DNA of 64,000 nt, from the IMG/VR virus record IMGVR_UViG_3300005573_001166, positions 32,001 through 96,000 of that record, one strand, 5' to 3'. A model generated the notes under the pieces. The model was given only the letters and a program-made list of their open reading frames with translations. It was not told the origin of the DNA and did no database searches. Source of the DNA: a virus. The position numbers were made by a program, and so were the translations under genes. Positions 1 to 9,470 of the stretch are shown here, piece after piece. Every line of letters starts with the position of its first letter. Position 1 is the stretch's first letter.

Positions 1-1
1 C

Positions 2-868
2 TCCTCTCTACCCACAAAACTTGCATCTACAGTGTTTCCAGCATACACCGCTTTAAAATTTAGGGGGGAATCTGTAAAAGAGTTCTCTCTTACAAAGGAT
101 CGACCTAAAAGTGTTCTAGTTTGCCTTAGTGGGGGGTTAGATTCTGCTGTTACTTTAAGATTGTATCAGGCTCTAGGATACGAAGTTGTTGCTTTGTTTT
201 TTGATTACGGCCAAGCAGCTAGATTGCTAGAGAACCACTGCACCAGGCAGCTTTGTAGGGCTATGAAAGTGGTAAGGTATACGCAGAAGCTTAATATGGA
301 TGCTTTCACATCTCCTCTACTTGAGGATACATCTGCGTCTACAGATAGTTTAACGGATGCAGAAACCACTTTTTCTTACGTACCTCAGCGGAATTTGATA
401 ATGGCTGCATATGCGTTAGGATATGCAGAGCAGTTAGGTTTGGGGGGAATAGCTTTAGGTATGAATTTGTCAGATGCATCTGCATATCCAGACAACGGAG
501 TTCCTTTCTTAGAGGGTTTAAATAACATTACTCCGTATTCCTCTAATTGGGGAAGTAATTTAAAAGTGTCAGCCCCCTTAGTAAACATGATGAAATCTGA
601 GATTGTAAAGCTGGGACTTTATTTAGGTGTTCCTTTTCCTTATGTATGTTCTTGTTATTATCCCAAGTTAGAGGGTGATTTGCCTGTATATTGCGGGAAG
701 TGCGGCTCCGACCTTTTATATAAGGCTGCTTGGAATAAGCTGGGATATGATCCCCCTAATTTAGGTTTGGAGCCCACTTTATATAAATCTCCACCTACAG
801 TAGAGATGAAAGACTCTTATAAGGTGTCGGATTTACCTTTCTACTCTGTGTTTAAACTTAACTTGTAA
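2..868 (+). CDS. queC: 7-cyano-7-deazaguanine synthase QueC (frame open to window edge; possibly the C-terminal part of a Gat-QueC fusion)
   Basis: SGGLDS PP-loop, FDYGQ, YVPQRN, AYPDN and a C-terminal CSCY...CGKCGSD Zn site; no stop codon in this frame from position 2. Confidence 0.9.
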   Translation, partial: SSLPTKLASTVFPAYTALKFRGESVKEFSLTKDRPKSVLVCLSGGLDSAVTLRLYQALGYEVVALFFDYGQAARLLENHCTRQLCRAMKVVRYTQKLNMDAFTSPLLEDTSASTDSLTDAETTFSYVPQRNLIMAAYALGYAEQLGLGGIALGMNLSDASAYPDNGVPFLEGLNNITPYSSNWGSNLKVSAPLVNMMKSEIVKLGLYLGVPFPYVCSCYYPKLEGDLPVYCGKCGSDLLYKAAWNKLGYDPPNLGLEPTLYKSPPTVEMKDSYKVSDLPFYSVFKLNL

Positions 869-878
869 AAAAGGATGT

Positions 879-1952
879 GTGATTATGGAAGAATTAGAAC
901 GGGGCGATCTTGAGTCTAAAAAGAAGGATCTCGCTCTTATAGCCGACAAAATCAGGAAGGCTCAAAAAGATAGTGCTGTTGTCCTCATGCATGGAGATAA
1001 AGCTTTACTAGAATCTGTTGATTTTATATCGACAGGGTCTTGGGTATTAGATGATATACTAGGAGGCGGGATGCCTAGGGGTAGGATAGTAGAACTTTAC
1101 GGCTTAGAAGGAGGGGGCAAAACAAGTATTGCATTAAGTGTCATATCTCAGGCGCAAAAGAAGGGGTATTATTGTCATTATATAGATGCAGAAAATTCTT
1201 TTGTAGCTGAGTGGGCAAAAAATTTAGGAGTGAATCTTGATTTTTTACTTTTAAGCCAGCTTAACTGTACTCAGGATGTTTTTAACTTAATAGAGAATAG
1301 TATAGACTCTGGAGTCAATGTTGTTGTAGTAGACTCTTTAGCCGCATTGTCTCCTAGGGAAGAGTTGGAAGGTGAAGTAGGGGATTGGCATGTAGGTTTG
1401 CAAGCGCGTTTGGTAGGTCAGGGGCTGAGGAAGCTCTCTGATAAAGCGGGTAAAGCAGGTGCATTGATTATATTTATTAATCAAATAAGGCAGCAGGTAG
1501 GTGTAATGTTTGGTAATCCTGAAACGACTCCGGGGGGGAGGGCTCTTAAGTTTTTTTCCTCTGTTAGGTTGGATGTAAGGTCTAGAGGTCATTTAAAGGC
1601 AGAGAACGGTGCTGTGGTAGGTATTGTAGTTCATGCTACCGTTATCAAAAACAAGATTGCGATTCCTTTTAGGAAGGCTGAAATTGATTTCTACTTTAAT
1701 AGGGGTTTTGACAACGAGTCCAGTATGTTCGATTTAGCCCTAAGTAAGGGCGTCATAACGAGGCGAGGGAGCTATTACGTATTTCCTCTATTCGATAATG
1801 AAAATAGGCGCAAACAGGATTGGGTTCAACTGTTTAAAACAAATGCTGCAGCCCTTAAGTTACTTTACGATGAGATGGCTAAAAAGAAGGACGCAGGTGC
1901 TGTAGAGGTAAGCGGTGAGGTGGTTGAAGATGAAATTTCCGACGTACAGTGA
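879..1952 (+). CDS. recA: RecA recombinase
   Basis: GGMPRGRIVELYG, Walker A GLEGGGKTS, VVVDSLAAL, FINQIR, GNPETTPGGRALKFFSSVRLDVR, KNKIAIPFR. Confidence 0.97.
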   Translation: MIMEELERGDLESKKKDLALIADKIRKAQKDSAVVLMHGDKALLESVDFISTGSWVLDDILGGGMPRGRIVELYGLEGGGKTSIALSVISQAQKKGYYCHYIDAENSFVAEWAKNLGVNLDFLLLSQLNCTQDVFNLIENSIDSGVNVVVVDSLAALSPREELEGEVGDWHVGLQARLVGQGLRKLSDKAGKAGALIIFINQIRQQVGVMFGNPETTPGGRALKFFSSVRLDVRSRGHLKAENGAVVGIVVHATVIKNKIAIPFRKAEIDFYFNRGFDNESSMFDLALSKGVITRRGSYYVFPLFDNENRRKQDWVQLFKTNAAALKLLYDEMAKKKDAGAVEVSGEVVEDEISDVQ

Positions 1953-2211
1953 AGTAAAGAAGTTTGATGAGGTACATGGAACAAAGTGGCTTGCAAGTAT
2001 AGAGGAAATGTGTCGTCTTCATACCCGTAAGGGAGAGCCGGGTCCATATTACCAGTTTAGAACTGATTGGATTAATAAGGGGCTCCTTTTCGCATTAGCT
2101 CAAACTCTTGAGTATGTGGGATATGGGTATGCGGATGCTATGGTGTTTAAGGATGTTGGAAGTGTTTTGGGTTTAATGTTGAAAGATTTCGAGAGTAAAG
2201 GAGTGTATTAA
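1915..2211 (+). CDS. hypothetical protein (start may be ATG 1930)
   Basis: ORF tightly coupled between recA and queD. Confidence 0.6.
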   Translation: MRWLKMKFPTYSEVKKFDEVHGTKWLASIEEMCRLHTRKGEPGPYYQFRTDWINKGLLFALAQTLEYVGYGYADAMVFKDVGSVLGLMLKDFESKGVY

Positions 2212-2637
2212 ATGTATTTTTTACATACGGAAGCGTCTTTTGATATGGCTCATAGGTTGTTGGGGTATGAGGGTAAATGCAGTAACTTGCATGGGCACAC
2301 TGTCAAGATAGAGGTTACTGTTTCTAATAGGACATTGCAGCCTATTGGCTTTGTAGTTGATTTTCAGATACTTGACCGCTTGATAAAGAAATGGATTAAC
2401 GATAATTGGGACCATGTTACTATTTTATCGGCATCCGATAAGTTGTGCGAGCAGCTTGTAGATACTAAGGTTTATAAAATGGAAAGCAATCCCACAGCAG
2501 AGAATTTAGCATATGAACTATATAATAAGTTGTCTGCCCTTTTCGAAGAACAGCAAGAAGGATACAAGATAGATAGTGTGACTGTCTGGGAGACTCCAAA
2601 ACACGCAGCCACTTATATTAGAGAGGAGATTGGATGA
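2212..2637 (+). CDS. queD: 6-carboxy-5,6,7,8-tetrahydropterin synthase QueD
   Basis: FDMAHRL, CSNLHGHT, VVDF, WDH, NPTAENLA, VWETP. Confidence 0.95.
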   Translation: MYFLHTEASFDMAHRLLGYEGKCSNLHGHTVKIEVTVSNRTLQPIGFVVDFQILDRLIKKWINDNWDHVTILSASDKLCEQLVDTKVYKMESNPTAENLAYELYNKLSALFEEQQEGYKIDSVTVWETPKHAATYIREEIG

Positions 2638-3428
2638 TGGCAGAAACTATCTGCCCCTGGGCGATATCAGAAAAAGAGCAATTAAAATGTATTATATCTT
2701 TGATGTCAGATTGTCCTTTTGCAGGAGATAATGTAAAATGTGATATCTTGCAGTTTGCTCCATATGACAAAGAAGCAGAAATGGATATAGTGGAGATATA
2801 CCCTGCTATTTCAGGTGAAGGGGCTTCTACAGGTAAGGTATGTGTTATAGTTCGAACAGCCGGGTGTAATTTAAGGTGTAGTTACTGCGATACAACATAT
2901 GCGTATGAGGGAGGCATTAAGAGGAAAACACAGGATGTTGTAGATGAAGTGCTTTCATATGGAATTAATACAGTGTTGTTTACAGGAGGAGAGCCCTTGT
3001 TAAACAGGCAAATAGCTTCCAACTTCTTGAGGGCTATGTTGGAGTATAATATAGATGTATATGTAGAGACTAATGGATCTGTTGATGTAAGAGGCGTTAA
3101 ATTATTAGCGCATATTGTTTTAGATGTCAAAACTCCCTCATCTGGTATGCATGAGTATATGTACTGGAGAAATCTCGGAGTGATAGGTAATCAAGATGAG
3201 GTTAAATTTGTACTCTCCGATAGAGCTGATTATGAGTATGCTAAAAAGATTATAGAAGAATACCGCTTACCGAATAAAACCCCTTATATATTTTTCTCCC
3301 CTGTATGGAAGGATGATATGTCTTTTGTAAAAGAGTTAGCAGGTTGGATGATAAATGATAAGGTTGTTGCAAGGTTGATGCTGCAGCAACACAAAGTAAT
3401 TTATGGTAAGGATATAAGGAGTGTCTAA
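2634..3428 (+). CDS. queE: 7-carboxy-7-deazaguanine synthase QueE (radical SAM)
   Basis: ISGEG, RTAGCNLRCSYCDT (CxxxCxxC), TGGEPL, ETNG, DVKTPSSG, QQHKVIY. Confidence 0.93.
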   Translation: MMAETICPWAISEKEQLKCIISLMSDCPFAGDNVKCDILQFAPYDKEAEMDIVEIYPAISGEGASTGKVCVIVRTAGCNLRCSYCDTTYAYEGGIKRKTQDVVDEVLSYGINTVLFTGGEPLLNRQIASNFLRAMLEYNIDVYVETNGSVDVRGVKLLAHIVLDVKTPSSGMHEYMYWRNLGVIGNQDEVKFVLSDRADYEYAKKIIEEYRLPNKTPYIFFSPVWKDDMSFVKELAGWMINDKVVARLMLQQHKVIYGKDIRSV

Positions 3429-3545
3429 AACCCCTTTTAAAAACCTTTTTTAAAGAGTTTTTTGAGAAAGGGTATGTATTATTCCGACTTTCCTTTCAAC
3501 GGGGGTTTTAGGCCGGTTTTTGGCCGGTTATGGGGGGATTATTTA

Positions 3546-4694
3546 GTGATCACTAAACTTGCTATTACTAATTTTCAAAGCTATGAGAAGGCTGTTATAT
3601 ATCCGGGCAGCATAAATATAATTATAGGTAGGAACAATTCGGGTAAAACGGCTATCTTAAGGGCGTTAAGGCTTTTGTTCTTTAACGAGCCTGAGGGATC
3701 AGACTTTGTTAGGTACGGTGCGAAAGATGCTATTGTAGAGGTAGTATATGACGGGCATGTTATTAAAAGGGTAAAGGGGGCCCAGAATATATACGAGTTA
3801 GATGGCAGTGTCTTTAGCAACTTCGGCAGAGATATACCCCAGGAGATAGTATCTGTTTTAGGTTTTTCTGCTGTAAAGGTTGATAGAAAAGTTTACGAGT
3901 TAAACTATGAATCCGCCCACGAAGCTCCTTTCTTTGTTTCCGAGACGCAGGTAACAGCAGGCAAGATATTCAGTAAGTTGGGAGAAAAAGTGATTGGTGA
4001 TTTGGTTGTTCTAGATTTAGCTATTAATGCAGCTAACAGCGAGCTTAGGAAGTTAAATACAGAGTTAGCTGTTCTGTCTAAGCAGAAGGAGAATGTTTTA
4101 AATGAGGTCTCTAAATACAGTAAGTTGGATGAAATTGATTTACAGGTATGTAGAGATCAACTAATCTTTTATGAGAAGTTGTCCTATCACCTTGAAACAG
4201 TTAAGAATATAAAACAAGAGCTAGATTTATGTGATAAAGACATATTGCTATACGAGCAGTTAATTGATGTAGATGTTGCAAAATTAGAAGAGGATTTTTA
4301 CCTTATGTCTCGTTTGCAGGAGCAGTTAGATATGCTGATGAATGTAGAAGATGAGTTGAACTATATAGAGCGTAATATGAAAAGTGTAAATGAGCTGGTA
4401 AATGTAGATATGTCGGTTTTAGAGTCCCAAATTTTTGAGTTGCAAGGGTTGCAGGAAAGTTTGGCTTCGTTGTCTAAACTACAGCAAGATTTAAGTACTG
4501 TAGACTTTGAAATGTCTAGGGTAGAGAGCCTTATCTCCTCTAACTTGAAGGAATATGAGGCCTCTTTAGAGGATTACAAAAAGTGGCTGGTATTTCAGCA
4601 AAAATGCCCTGTTTGTTACAGAGATATTTCGGAAAGGGATATATATTATATTTTGGAGGAGCTTAGAAATGACAAAAGATCAATTGCTCCATAA
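3546..4694 (+). CDS. SbcC/Rad50-like ATPase, N-terminal half (Walker A, coiled coil, Zn hook)
   Basis: GTG at 3546 after a GGGGGG SD gives MITKLAITNFQSY; Walker A GRNNSGKTAILRAL; heptad coiled coil; CPVC near the C-terminus. Confidence 0.85.
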   Translation: MITKLAITNFQSYEKAVIYPGSINIIIGRNNSGKTAILRALRLLFFNEPEGSDFVRYGAKDAIVEVVYDGHVIKRVKGAQNIYELDGSVFSNFGRDIPQEIVSVLGFSAVKVDRKVYELNYESAHEAPFFVSETQVTAGKIFSKLGEKVIGDLVVLDLAINAANSELRKLNTELAVLSKQKENVLNEVSKYSKLDEIDLQVCRDQLIFYEKLSYHLETVKNIKQELDLCDKDILLYEQLIDVDVAKLEEDFYLMSRLQEQLDMLMNVEDELNYIERNMKSVNELVNVDMSVLESQIFELQGLQESLASLSKLQQDLSTVDFEMSRVESLISSNLKEYEASLEDYKKWLVFQQKCPVCYRDISERDIYYILEELRNDKRSIAP

Positions 4695-4950
4695 GTTGTT
4701 AGAACTGAAAGAAAAGTATGAGCAGTCTGTAGGCAAGGTAACAGATATTTGGCTGCCTTTTGAGTTATTGCAGGTGATCGATGATAGAGATTTTCTTGAC
4801 CGACTTATTTCTCCCGTTTTATTAGGAGAAACTTATATTACAGCGTTTTACCCAGACGAGCCTAATCAGATTAGGATAGCTTTTTTAACTAAATTAGAGG
4901 TAGATGATGAAACTACTAGCACTGACGGACTTACACCTGACATCGAATAA
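4669..4950 (+). CDS. hypothetical protein
   Basis: 93-aa ORF with GGAG SD, overlapping both neighbours. Confidence 0.6.
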   Translation: MTKDQLLHKLLELKEKYEQSVGKVTDIWLPFELLQVIDDRDFLDRLISPVLLGETYITAFYPDEPNQIRIAFLTKLEVDDETTSTDGLTPDIE

Positions 4951-5779
4951 ACCTGTAAGCAGGATAGGCGACTTTATAGCGGATGTAGATGCTAAGTTGT
5001 CTGAAGTAACTAAGATTGCAAAGGAATATAATGTTTCTGCCGTTCTGTGCGCAGGGGACGTTTTCCATAGCCCTAACGTTACATATATTACAGTTGTTCG
5101 GTTTCTTTCCTTTCTAGAGAAATTGGGGGTCAGGTTTATAACTATTACAGGCTCTCATGATTTGTTTGGTAGAAACATGGATGCGCTATATCGAACAGCT
5201 TTAGGTTTATTAGAGAGATTGAGAGTAATAGAATTGTTATATGAGGGGGTGCGACCTACCACTAGAGTAGGCAGTATTACTATAGGTATACCAGGTACTA
5301 TTACAGACATAGAGATGGTACATGGTTCTGTGCTGCCCTTTAAAGATGTAGGGGAATATACGCTTCTACAGGATTATAAAACCAATGCTAAACTAGTGAT
5401 AGTAGGGCATTATCATAACGGTTATCCTATAAGCACTGTAAATGGAACTACGTTTATATGCCCCGGTTCATTAGTTCGAGTTTCTGCTGCAGAGTCAGAA
5501 CTTACCAGAATCCCTAGAGTAGCTATAATAGACGACGATTTTAGTGTAGAGTGGGTTTATCTTAAATCAGCTAAAGCGGGAAAATCTGTACTTTCTGCTC
5601 CTATGGTATACAAGCAACCCGATTTTAAGGGGTTGGTATCTGATTGGAGGGTAAGTAGTATAGAAAACATAGATGCTGCGTCTCTTCTTAAAGAGATAGC
5701 TGCAAAGGAAGGTGTATCGGATCAGGTTCTTGCTTTTGCATTGAACTTTTTGGCTAAACAAGGAGGCGCACATGGGTGA
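4904..5779 (+). CDS. SbcD/Mre11-like metallophosphoesterase nuclease
   Basis: DLH, AGDVFH, GSHD, HG, GHYH and PGSLVR motifs. Confidence 0.9.
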   Translation: MMKLLALTDLHLTSNKPVSRIGDFIADVDAKLSEVTKIAKEYNVSAVLCAGDVFHSPNVTYITVVRFLSFLEKLGVRFITITGSHDLFGRNMDALYRTALGLLERLRVIELLYEGVRPTTRVGSITIGIPGTITDIEMVHGSVLPFKDVGEYTLLQDYKTNAKLVIVGHYHNGYPISTVNGTTFICPGSLVRVSAAESELTRIPRVAIIDDDFSVEWVYLKSAKAGKSVLSAPMVYKQPDFKGLVSDWRVSSIENIDAASLLKEIAAKEGVSDQVLAFALNFLAKQGGAHG

Positions 5780-6035
5780 TATATCGGTTATATCCAAAAA
5801 GATAAACAACTTGAAAGCGCAGATTGCAAAGGAGCAGGGGCAGTTAGAGGCATTTAAACAGCGAAGAGAGGTATTAATAAATCAGTTAAGGGCTTTAGGT
5901 ATTACTCCTAATTCTCTGCCTGAACATATTGCTAATATAGAGAGTCAGTTAGAAGATTTGGAGAGCAGGTTAGAGAGGCAGCTTGCAGAGATAGAAGCTA
6001 AAAGGAGAAGTATAGTAGATGAACTTAAGAGATAG
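5772..6035 (+). CDS. short coiled-coil protein, probably the middle piece of the split SbcC
   Basis: 87-aa heptad-rich ORF coupled to the next gene. Confidence 0.6.
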   Translation: MGDISVISKKINNLKAQIAKEQGQLEAFKQRREVLINQLRALGITPNSLPEHIANIESQLEDLESRLERQLAEIEAKRRSIVDELKR

Positions 6036-6645
6036 GTTGGAGGATTTATCGCAATCTTTAGCTGTATTGCAGGGAAAGAGGGAACAGTTAAAAGCTACAT
6101 ATGAGGATTATACCTACAGGGAAGCTGCCATTAAGGAAGAGATAGAGTTGCTTTCCAAAGCGAGAGAGTTATACCAGAAAGGATCTACTGCTTTAAGGTT
6201 GAAGTTATCGGAAAAGTTTGCTGATCTAGCAACTAGAGCACTTAGGTATATTTTTCAGAGAGAAGATATTACCTTTGTTGTGGATTTAGATGTTCGTACA
6301 AATTTACCGGCTGCAACTTTTTGGGTAGAGATTGGAGGCTGTAAGAGGGATCCTAAAGAGGCATTAGGAGGATCTGTATATGAGATCATAGGTTTGTGTT
6401 TGAGGTTGGTGTGTTTAGAGGTTTTTGATCTTAAAGGACCTCTTATGTTAGACGAGCCTTTAAGATCTGTAGACGGCACAAACCTCTCAAATGCTTTAGA
6501 GTTTTTATATGAATACTGCCGTGCTTCTGGAAGACAGCTGTTTATTGTAACGCACAACGATCAGATAGTCAAATCTGGAGATAAGGTTTTTACAGTGACC
6601 CAGAGAGACGGAGTTAGTTTCATAGAGGAGGAAAAATATGTCTGA
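6019..6645 (+). CDS. SbcC/Rad50-like ATPase, C-terminal half
   Basis: coiled coil, then LGGS signature-like motif, Walker B LMLDEP and H-loop IVTHN. Confidence 0.85.
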   Translation: MNLRDRLEDLSQSLAVLQGKREQLKATYEDYTYREAAIKEEIELLSKARELYQKGSTALRLKLSEKFADLATRALRYIFQREDITFVVDLDVRTNLPAATFWVEIGGCKRDPKEALGGSVYEIIGLCLRLVCLEVFDLKGPLMLDEPLRSVDGTNLSNALEFLYEYCRASGRQLFIVTHNDQIVKSGDKVFTVTQRDGVSFIEEEKYV

Positions 6646-7075
6646 TTATGATTTAGATAGTCAATCTGCAGTATTGTTAGGGATGTCTTATCCAAATTGG
6701 TATAAGATTGTTATACCTGATATTGATAATGTTTTTGGGGCTTTATTGTCTGCGGATATTACTCTAGCTCCCTTTATATACGCTAAGCTGCCTCAAGGGT
6801 TTGACATTTTATCTACTGCTCCTTATTTAGAGGCAAAAGATCCGGTATTAGCGATACAACCGGCAGCAGGAGGGAGGGCTTTACAAGTTATTGCTTTAAC
6901 TCAAATAGGGAAGGTATCTTTTTGTGGTGAGAACGAGCCTACATGTTATATAGCTAGAAACCAGATAACTGTTGTAATTCCTATAAATCCTAAATGCAGT
7001 ACGGCTTCTTTATTAGAGGATACTATAAGGGAAGTTTCTTTAATAGCTCCGGAGCCGTCGTTATTACAGGTATGA
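6638..7075 (+). CDS. hypothetical protein
   Basis: ORF with GAGG SD, coupled to neighbours. Confidence 0.6.
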   Translation: MSDYDLDSQSAVLLGMSYPNWYKIVIPDIDNVFGALLSADITLAPFIYAKLPQGFDILSTAPYLEAKDPVLAIQPAAGGRALQVIALTQIGKVSFCGENEPTCYIARNQITVVIPINPKCSTASLLEDTIREVSLIAPEPSLLQV

Positions 7076-7635
7076 AGGTGTTATCTCTTAAAGACATAGA
7101 GAATAGGTTGAATAAGCTGGTTGAAGGAGACTCGACTAGATTAAGAATAGAGGTAAAAGATTCTACATTAAAAGCCGAGTTATCTAGTAAAGTCTATACT
7201 TACTTCATATTTGCTAAAGAGTGGCATGGTTTAGAGGAAGAGAGTTTTACGTATTTAGGAGGTACGTGCCTTCGTAAGGATTTAGCTCCTGGAGAGGAGT
7301 GGCCTGAGGGAACAGATTTGCCGTCAGGCCCATGCGACGAGGAAACGTGGCAGGAAATAGTATACGCAATACTTTCCAACGAGTTAACGACTCCTTTGCA
7401 TACTGATAGCATTGCAGAGCATGTACTTGCAGCAGCTGTAAAAACGCTTACAGATTGTTTAAGAAGTATTTATGCAATTATAGGGAGGGAAACAACTGTA
7501 GAGGACATGAGATCGTTTGTAGTGGATAGTTTGTCCTCTTTTCTCTGCAAAATACCTAAATCTTATTATACTATTCTGTTAACACACGATGACATGTTTG
7601 TAAGGGAGGCAGCAAGAAAGGCGGTAAAGGTGTAA
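6994..7635 (+). CDS. hypothetical protein (start may be ATG 7072)
   Basis: ORF; ATG at 7072 overlaps the upstream stop (ATGA). Confidence 0.6.
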   Translation: MQYGFFIRGYYKGSFFNSSGAVVITGMKVLSLKDIENRLNKLVEGDSTRLRIEVKDSTLKAELSSKVYTYFIFAKEWHGLEEESFTYLGGTCLRKDLAPGEEWPEGTDLPSGPCDEETWQEIVYAILSNELTTPLHTDSIAEHVLAAAVKTLTDCLRSIYAIIGRETTVEDMRSFVVDSLSSFLCKIPKSYYTILLTHDDMFVREAARKAVKV

Positions 7636-7636
7636 C

Positions 7637-8155
7637 ATGAAACCAGGTAGAGGCAAAGCTAAAGGGCGTTCTTTTGAAAACGAAGTAGCTAAACTGCTTA
7701 CAGAGTGGTCTGGGGTAACTTGGAAAAGGGTTCCTATGTCTGGAGGTTGGCATAAAGACATAATAACGGGAGATATATTTTGCAGTGCTGAGTATGAGAA
7801 GGGGTCTACCATAAGAGTGCCTATCTCTATAGAGATAAAGAAACAAGAATCCTTTAACATAATACACCTATTCAAAGAGACTACCGGATTGGTAGACAGT
7901 TGGTGGGAGCAAGCAACGACAGATGCCAAAAAAGCATCTAAAGTACCTGTAGTGATATTCTCAAAAAACTATTGCCCTGTATTTATAATAGCACCGACTA
8001 AATTACTCAACAGGATTTCAAATCTTTATAAAAAGAGAGGTCTTTTTGATAATCTATGTCAAATTCGGTGCTTTTTAAGGGGGGAGGCTGTTACTATTTT
8101 GTTGTTAGATGATTTTCTAGAGAAGGTTGAGTTTAAGGTTTTGTTACAGGTTTGA
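7637..8155 (+). CDS. Holliday junction resolvase-like PD-(D/E)xK nuclease
   Basis: KGRSFENEVAK...SGG...GDI...IEIKKQE...WWEQA. Confidence 0.8.
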   Translation: MKPGRGKAKGRSFENEVAKLLTEWSGVTWKRVPMSGGWHKDIITGDIFCSAEYEKGSTIRVPISIEIKKQESFNIIHLFKETTGLVDSWWEQATTDAKKASKVPVVIFSKNYCPVFIIAPTKLLNRISNLYKKRGLFDNLCQIRCFLRGEAVTILLLDDFLEKVEFKVLLQV

Positions 8156-8705
8156 TAGGTTTTAGTTTTAGTTGTCTTGTATTTACGCAAGACCATCCGG
8201 GCAATTTATTTCTTTTCAACTTTGCATAGTCCAAATTATGTTTTCTACAAAAATCTGCTAAATTAGTTATATACCTTTCCACTCCTTTTCTTGTTACTAT
8301 CCACCTATTACTTACTTTTTTACACATTTGTTGTTTCTCGGGGGACGCGTAAAAACATCGCCAACCTTTGTAAGGTTTATAAGACAAAGCAGATTGTCTT
8401 ATATTTTGATAGGGAAGGTTGTTGCGTTTACAGAATTTGAGTAGGTTTAAAGTCAATATTTTTTTGCCTTCAGGTGTAAGTATTACCCATCCCCTTTTTT
8501 TCACATGCTCCCTCATTCTTTTAGCTGCTTCTTCCCTCCTAACAGGGTCGGCATATACGCATTTCCACCCTTTGTGATGCCTCGTCTTTCCGGTTGCTAC
8601 AGATCTCAGGCATTCGAAGTTTAAGCCATGCTCTATTGCAAATTTAGTTAAGCCTTTTACCTCATATTGGTTCCCCTTAGGATCCGTTACTATGAAATTA
8701 TACAT
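8133..8705 (-). CDS. protein of three repeats resembling homing-endonuclease DNA-binding (NUMOD/HTH-like) modules, with no nuclease domain
   Basis: three units of (F/W)I(V/L)T..G.....NL..FC....L....KGW.C; AAGGAG SD on the minus strand. Confidence 0.65.
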   Translation of the reverse strand: MYNFIVTDPKGNQYEVKGLTKFAIEHGLNFECLRSVATGKTRHHKGWKCVYADPVRREEAAKRMREHVKKRGWVILTPEGKKILTLNLLKFCKRNNLPYQNIRQSALSYKPYKGWRCFYASPEKQQMCKKVSNRWIVTRKGVERYITNLADFCRKHNLDYAKLKRNKLPGWSCVNTRQLKLKPIKPVTKP

Positions 8706-8731
8706 TGGCGTTTTTCTCCTTTCGTAATATT

Positions 8732-8780
8732 ATTATACACAAAAGCGTAGGTTGATCTAAGCAAGCTTTATGTGTATAAT
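8732..8780. promoter_or_regulatory. overlapping divergent promoters
   Basis: + strand TTGATC-N17-TATAAT (8752-8780); GTGTATAAT also on the minus strand (8732-8740) ahead of the reverse gene. Confidence 0.6.
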
Positions 8781-8836
8781 TAAGAGTAGTAGGAAGGCTG
8801 CGGGTCTTGTCAAAAATAGATTTTTAAGGAGGAAAT

Positions 8837-9463
8837 ATGGGGAATACACAAACACTTCCGTCTCATGTATTACCTACAGATTCTAGGAATCGTGTTGATT
8901 CTAGTCCTGTAAGGTATGAGGTAGTAAGGATGATATCGGATGGAATGTCTTACGAGCAGATTTCTGCAAACTTGAAAAGCTTTTTTGGCGTGGATTTTGG
9001 TGTTAGTACTATTGCAGAGTTTAAAAAGGGGTGGTATCCTTACTACGAAGAGCTTATCGATAAGTGGGATAAATCTAGGTATCCTTCTTTAATAGCTAAG
9101 TTATCTACTGCTGTTAAGGAGAGGGCCCAAAATTTGGCTCAAGAGGTTGTTGAATTGCAGAAAATGATTCAGCTAATAGACGATCGCATTAAGGAGATAC
9201 AAGACAATAAGGAAAGTAGTATAGGACATGAGAGGGTTTTAAATGATTATATTAAGACGAAGGCAGCCTTATTAGAAAGAGCTACAAAACTTGTAGGAGC
9301 ATCTGGGTTAGAAGGTAAGCTTAAGAACGTTGTAAAACAAACTGCATTAGCTGCTCAAAGGTCCCTAATTCCTTATCTGAAAGAAGAAGACAAAGCGAAG
9401 GCGTTTGCTTTATTTGAGCAGGAAATATCTTCTATACTAAATAATATAGAGGCAGGTTTTTAG
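8837..9463 (+). CDS. putative terminase small subunit
   Basis: N-terminal HTH-like region and coiled coil, directly upstream of the large terminase; AAGGAGG SD. Confidence 0.55.
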   Translation: MGNTQTLPSHVLPTDSRNRVDSSPVRYEVVRMISDGMSYEQISANLKSFFGVDFGVSTIAEFKKGWYPYYEELIDKWDKSRYPSLIAKLSTAVKERAQNLAQEVVELQKMIQLIDDRIKEIQDNKESSIGHERVLNDYIKTKAALLERATKLVGASGLEGKLKNVVKQTALAAQRSLIPYLKEEDKAKAFALFEQEISSILNNIEAGF

Positions 9464-9470
9464 GTAAGAT

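Noticed and set aside
3462-3545. N-terminal extension of SbcC in the ORF track
   Set aside because: It spans the intergenic repeat element; the family-typical start is GTG 3546.
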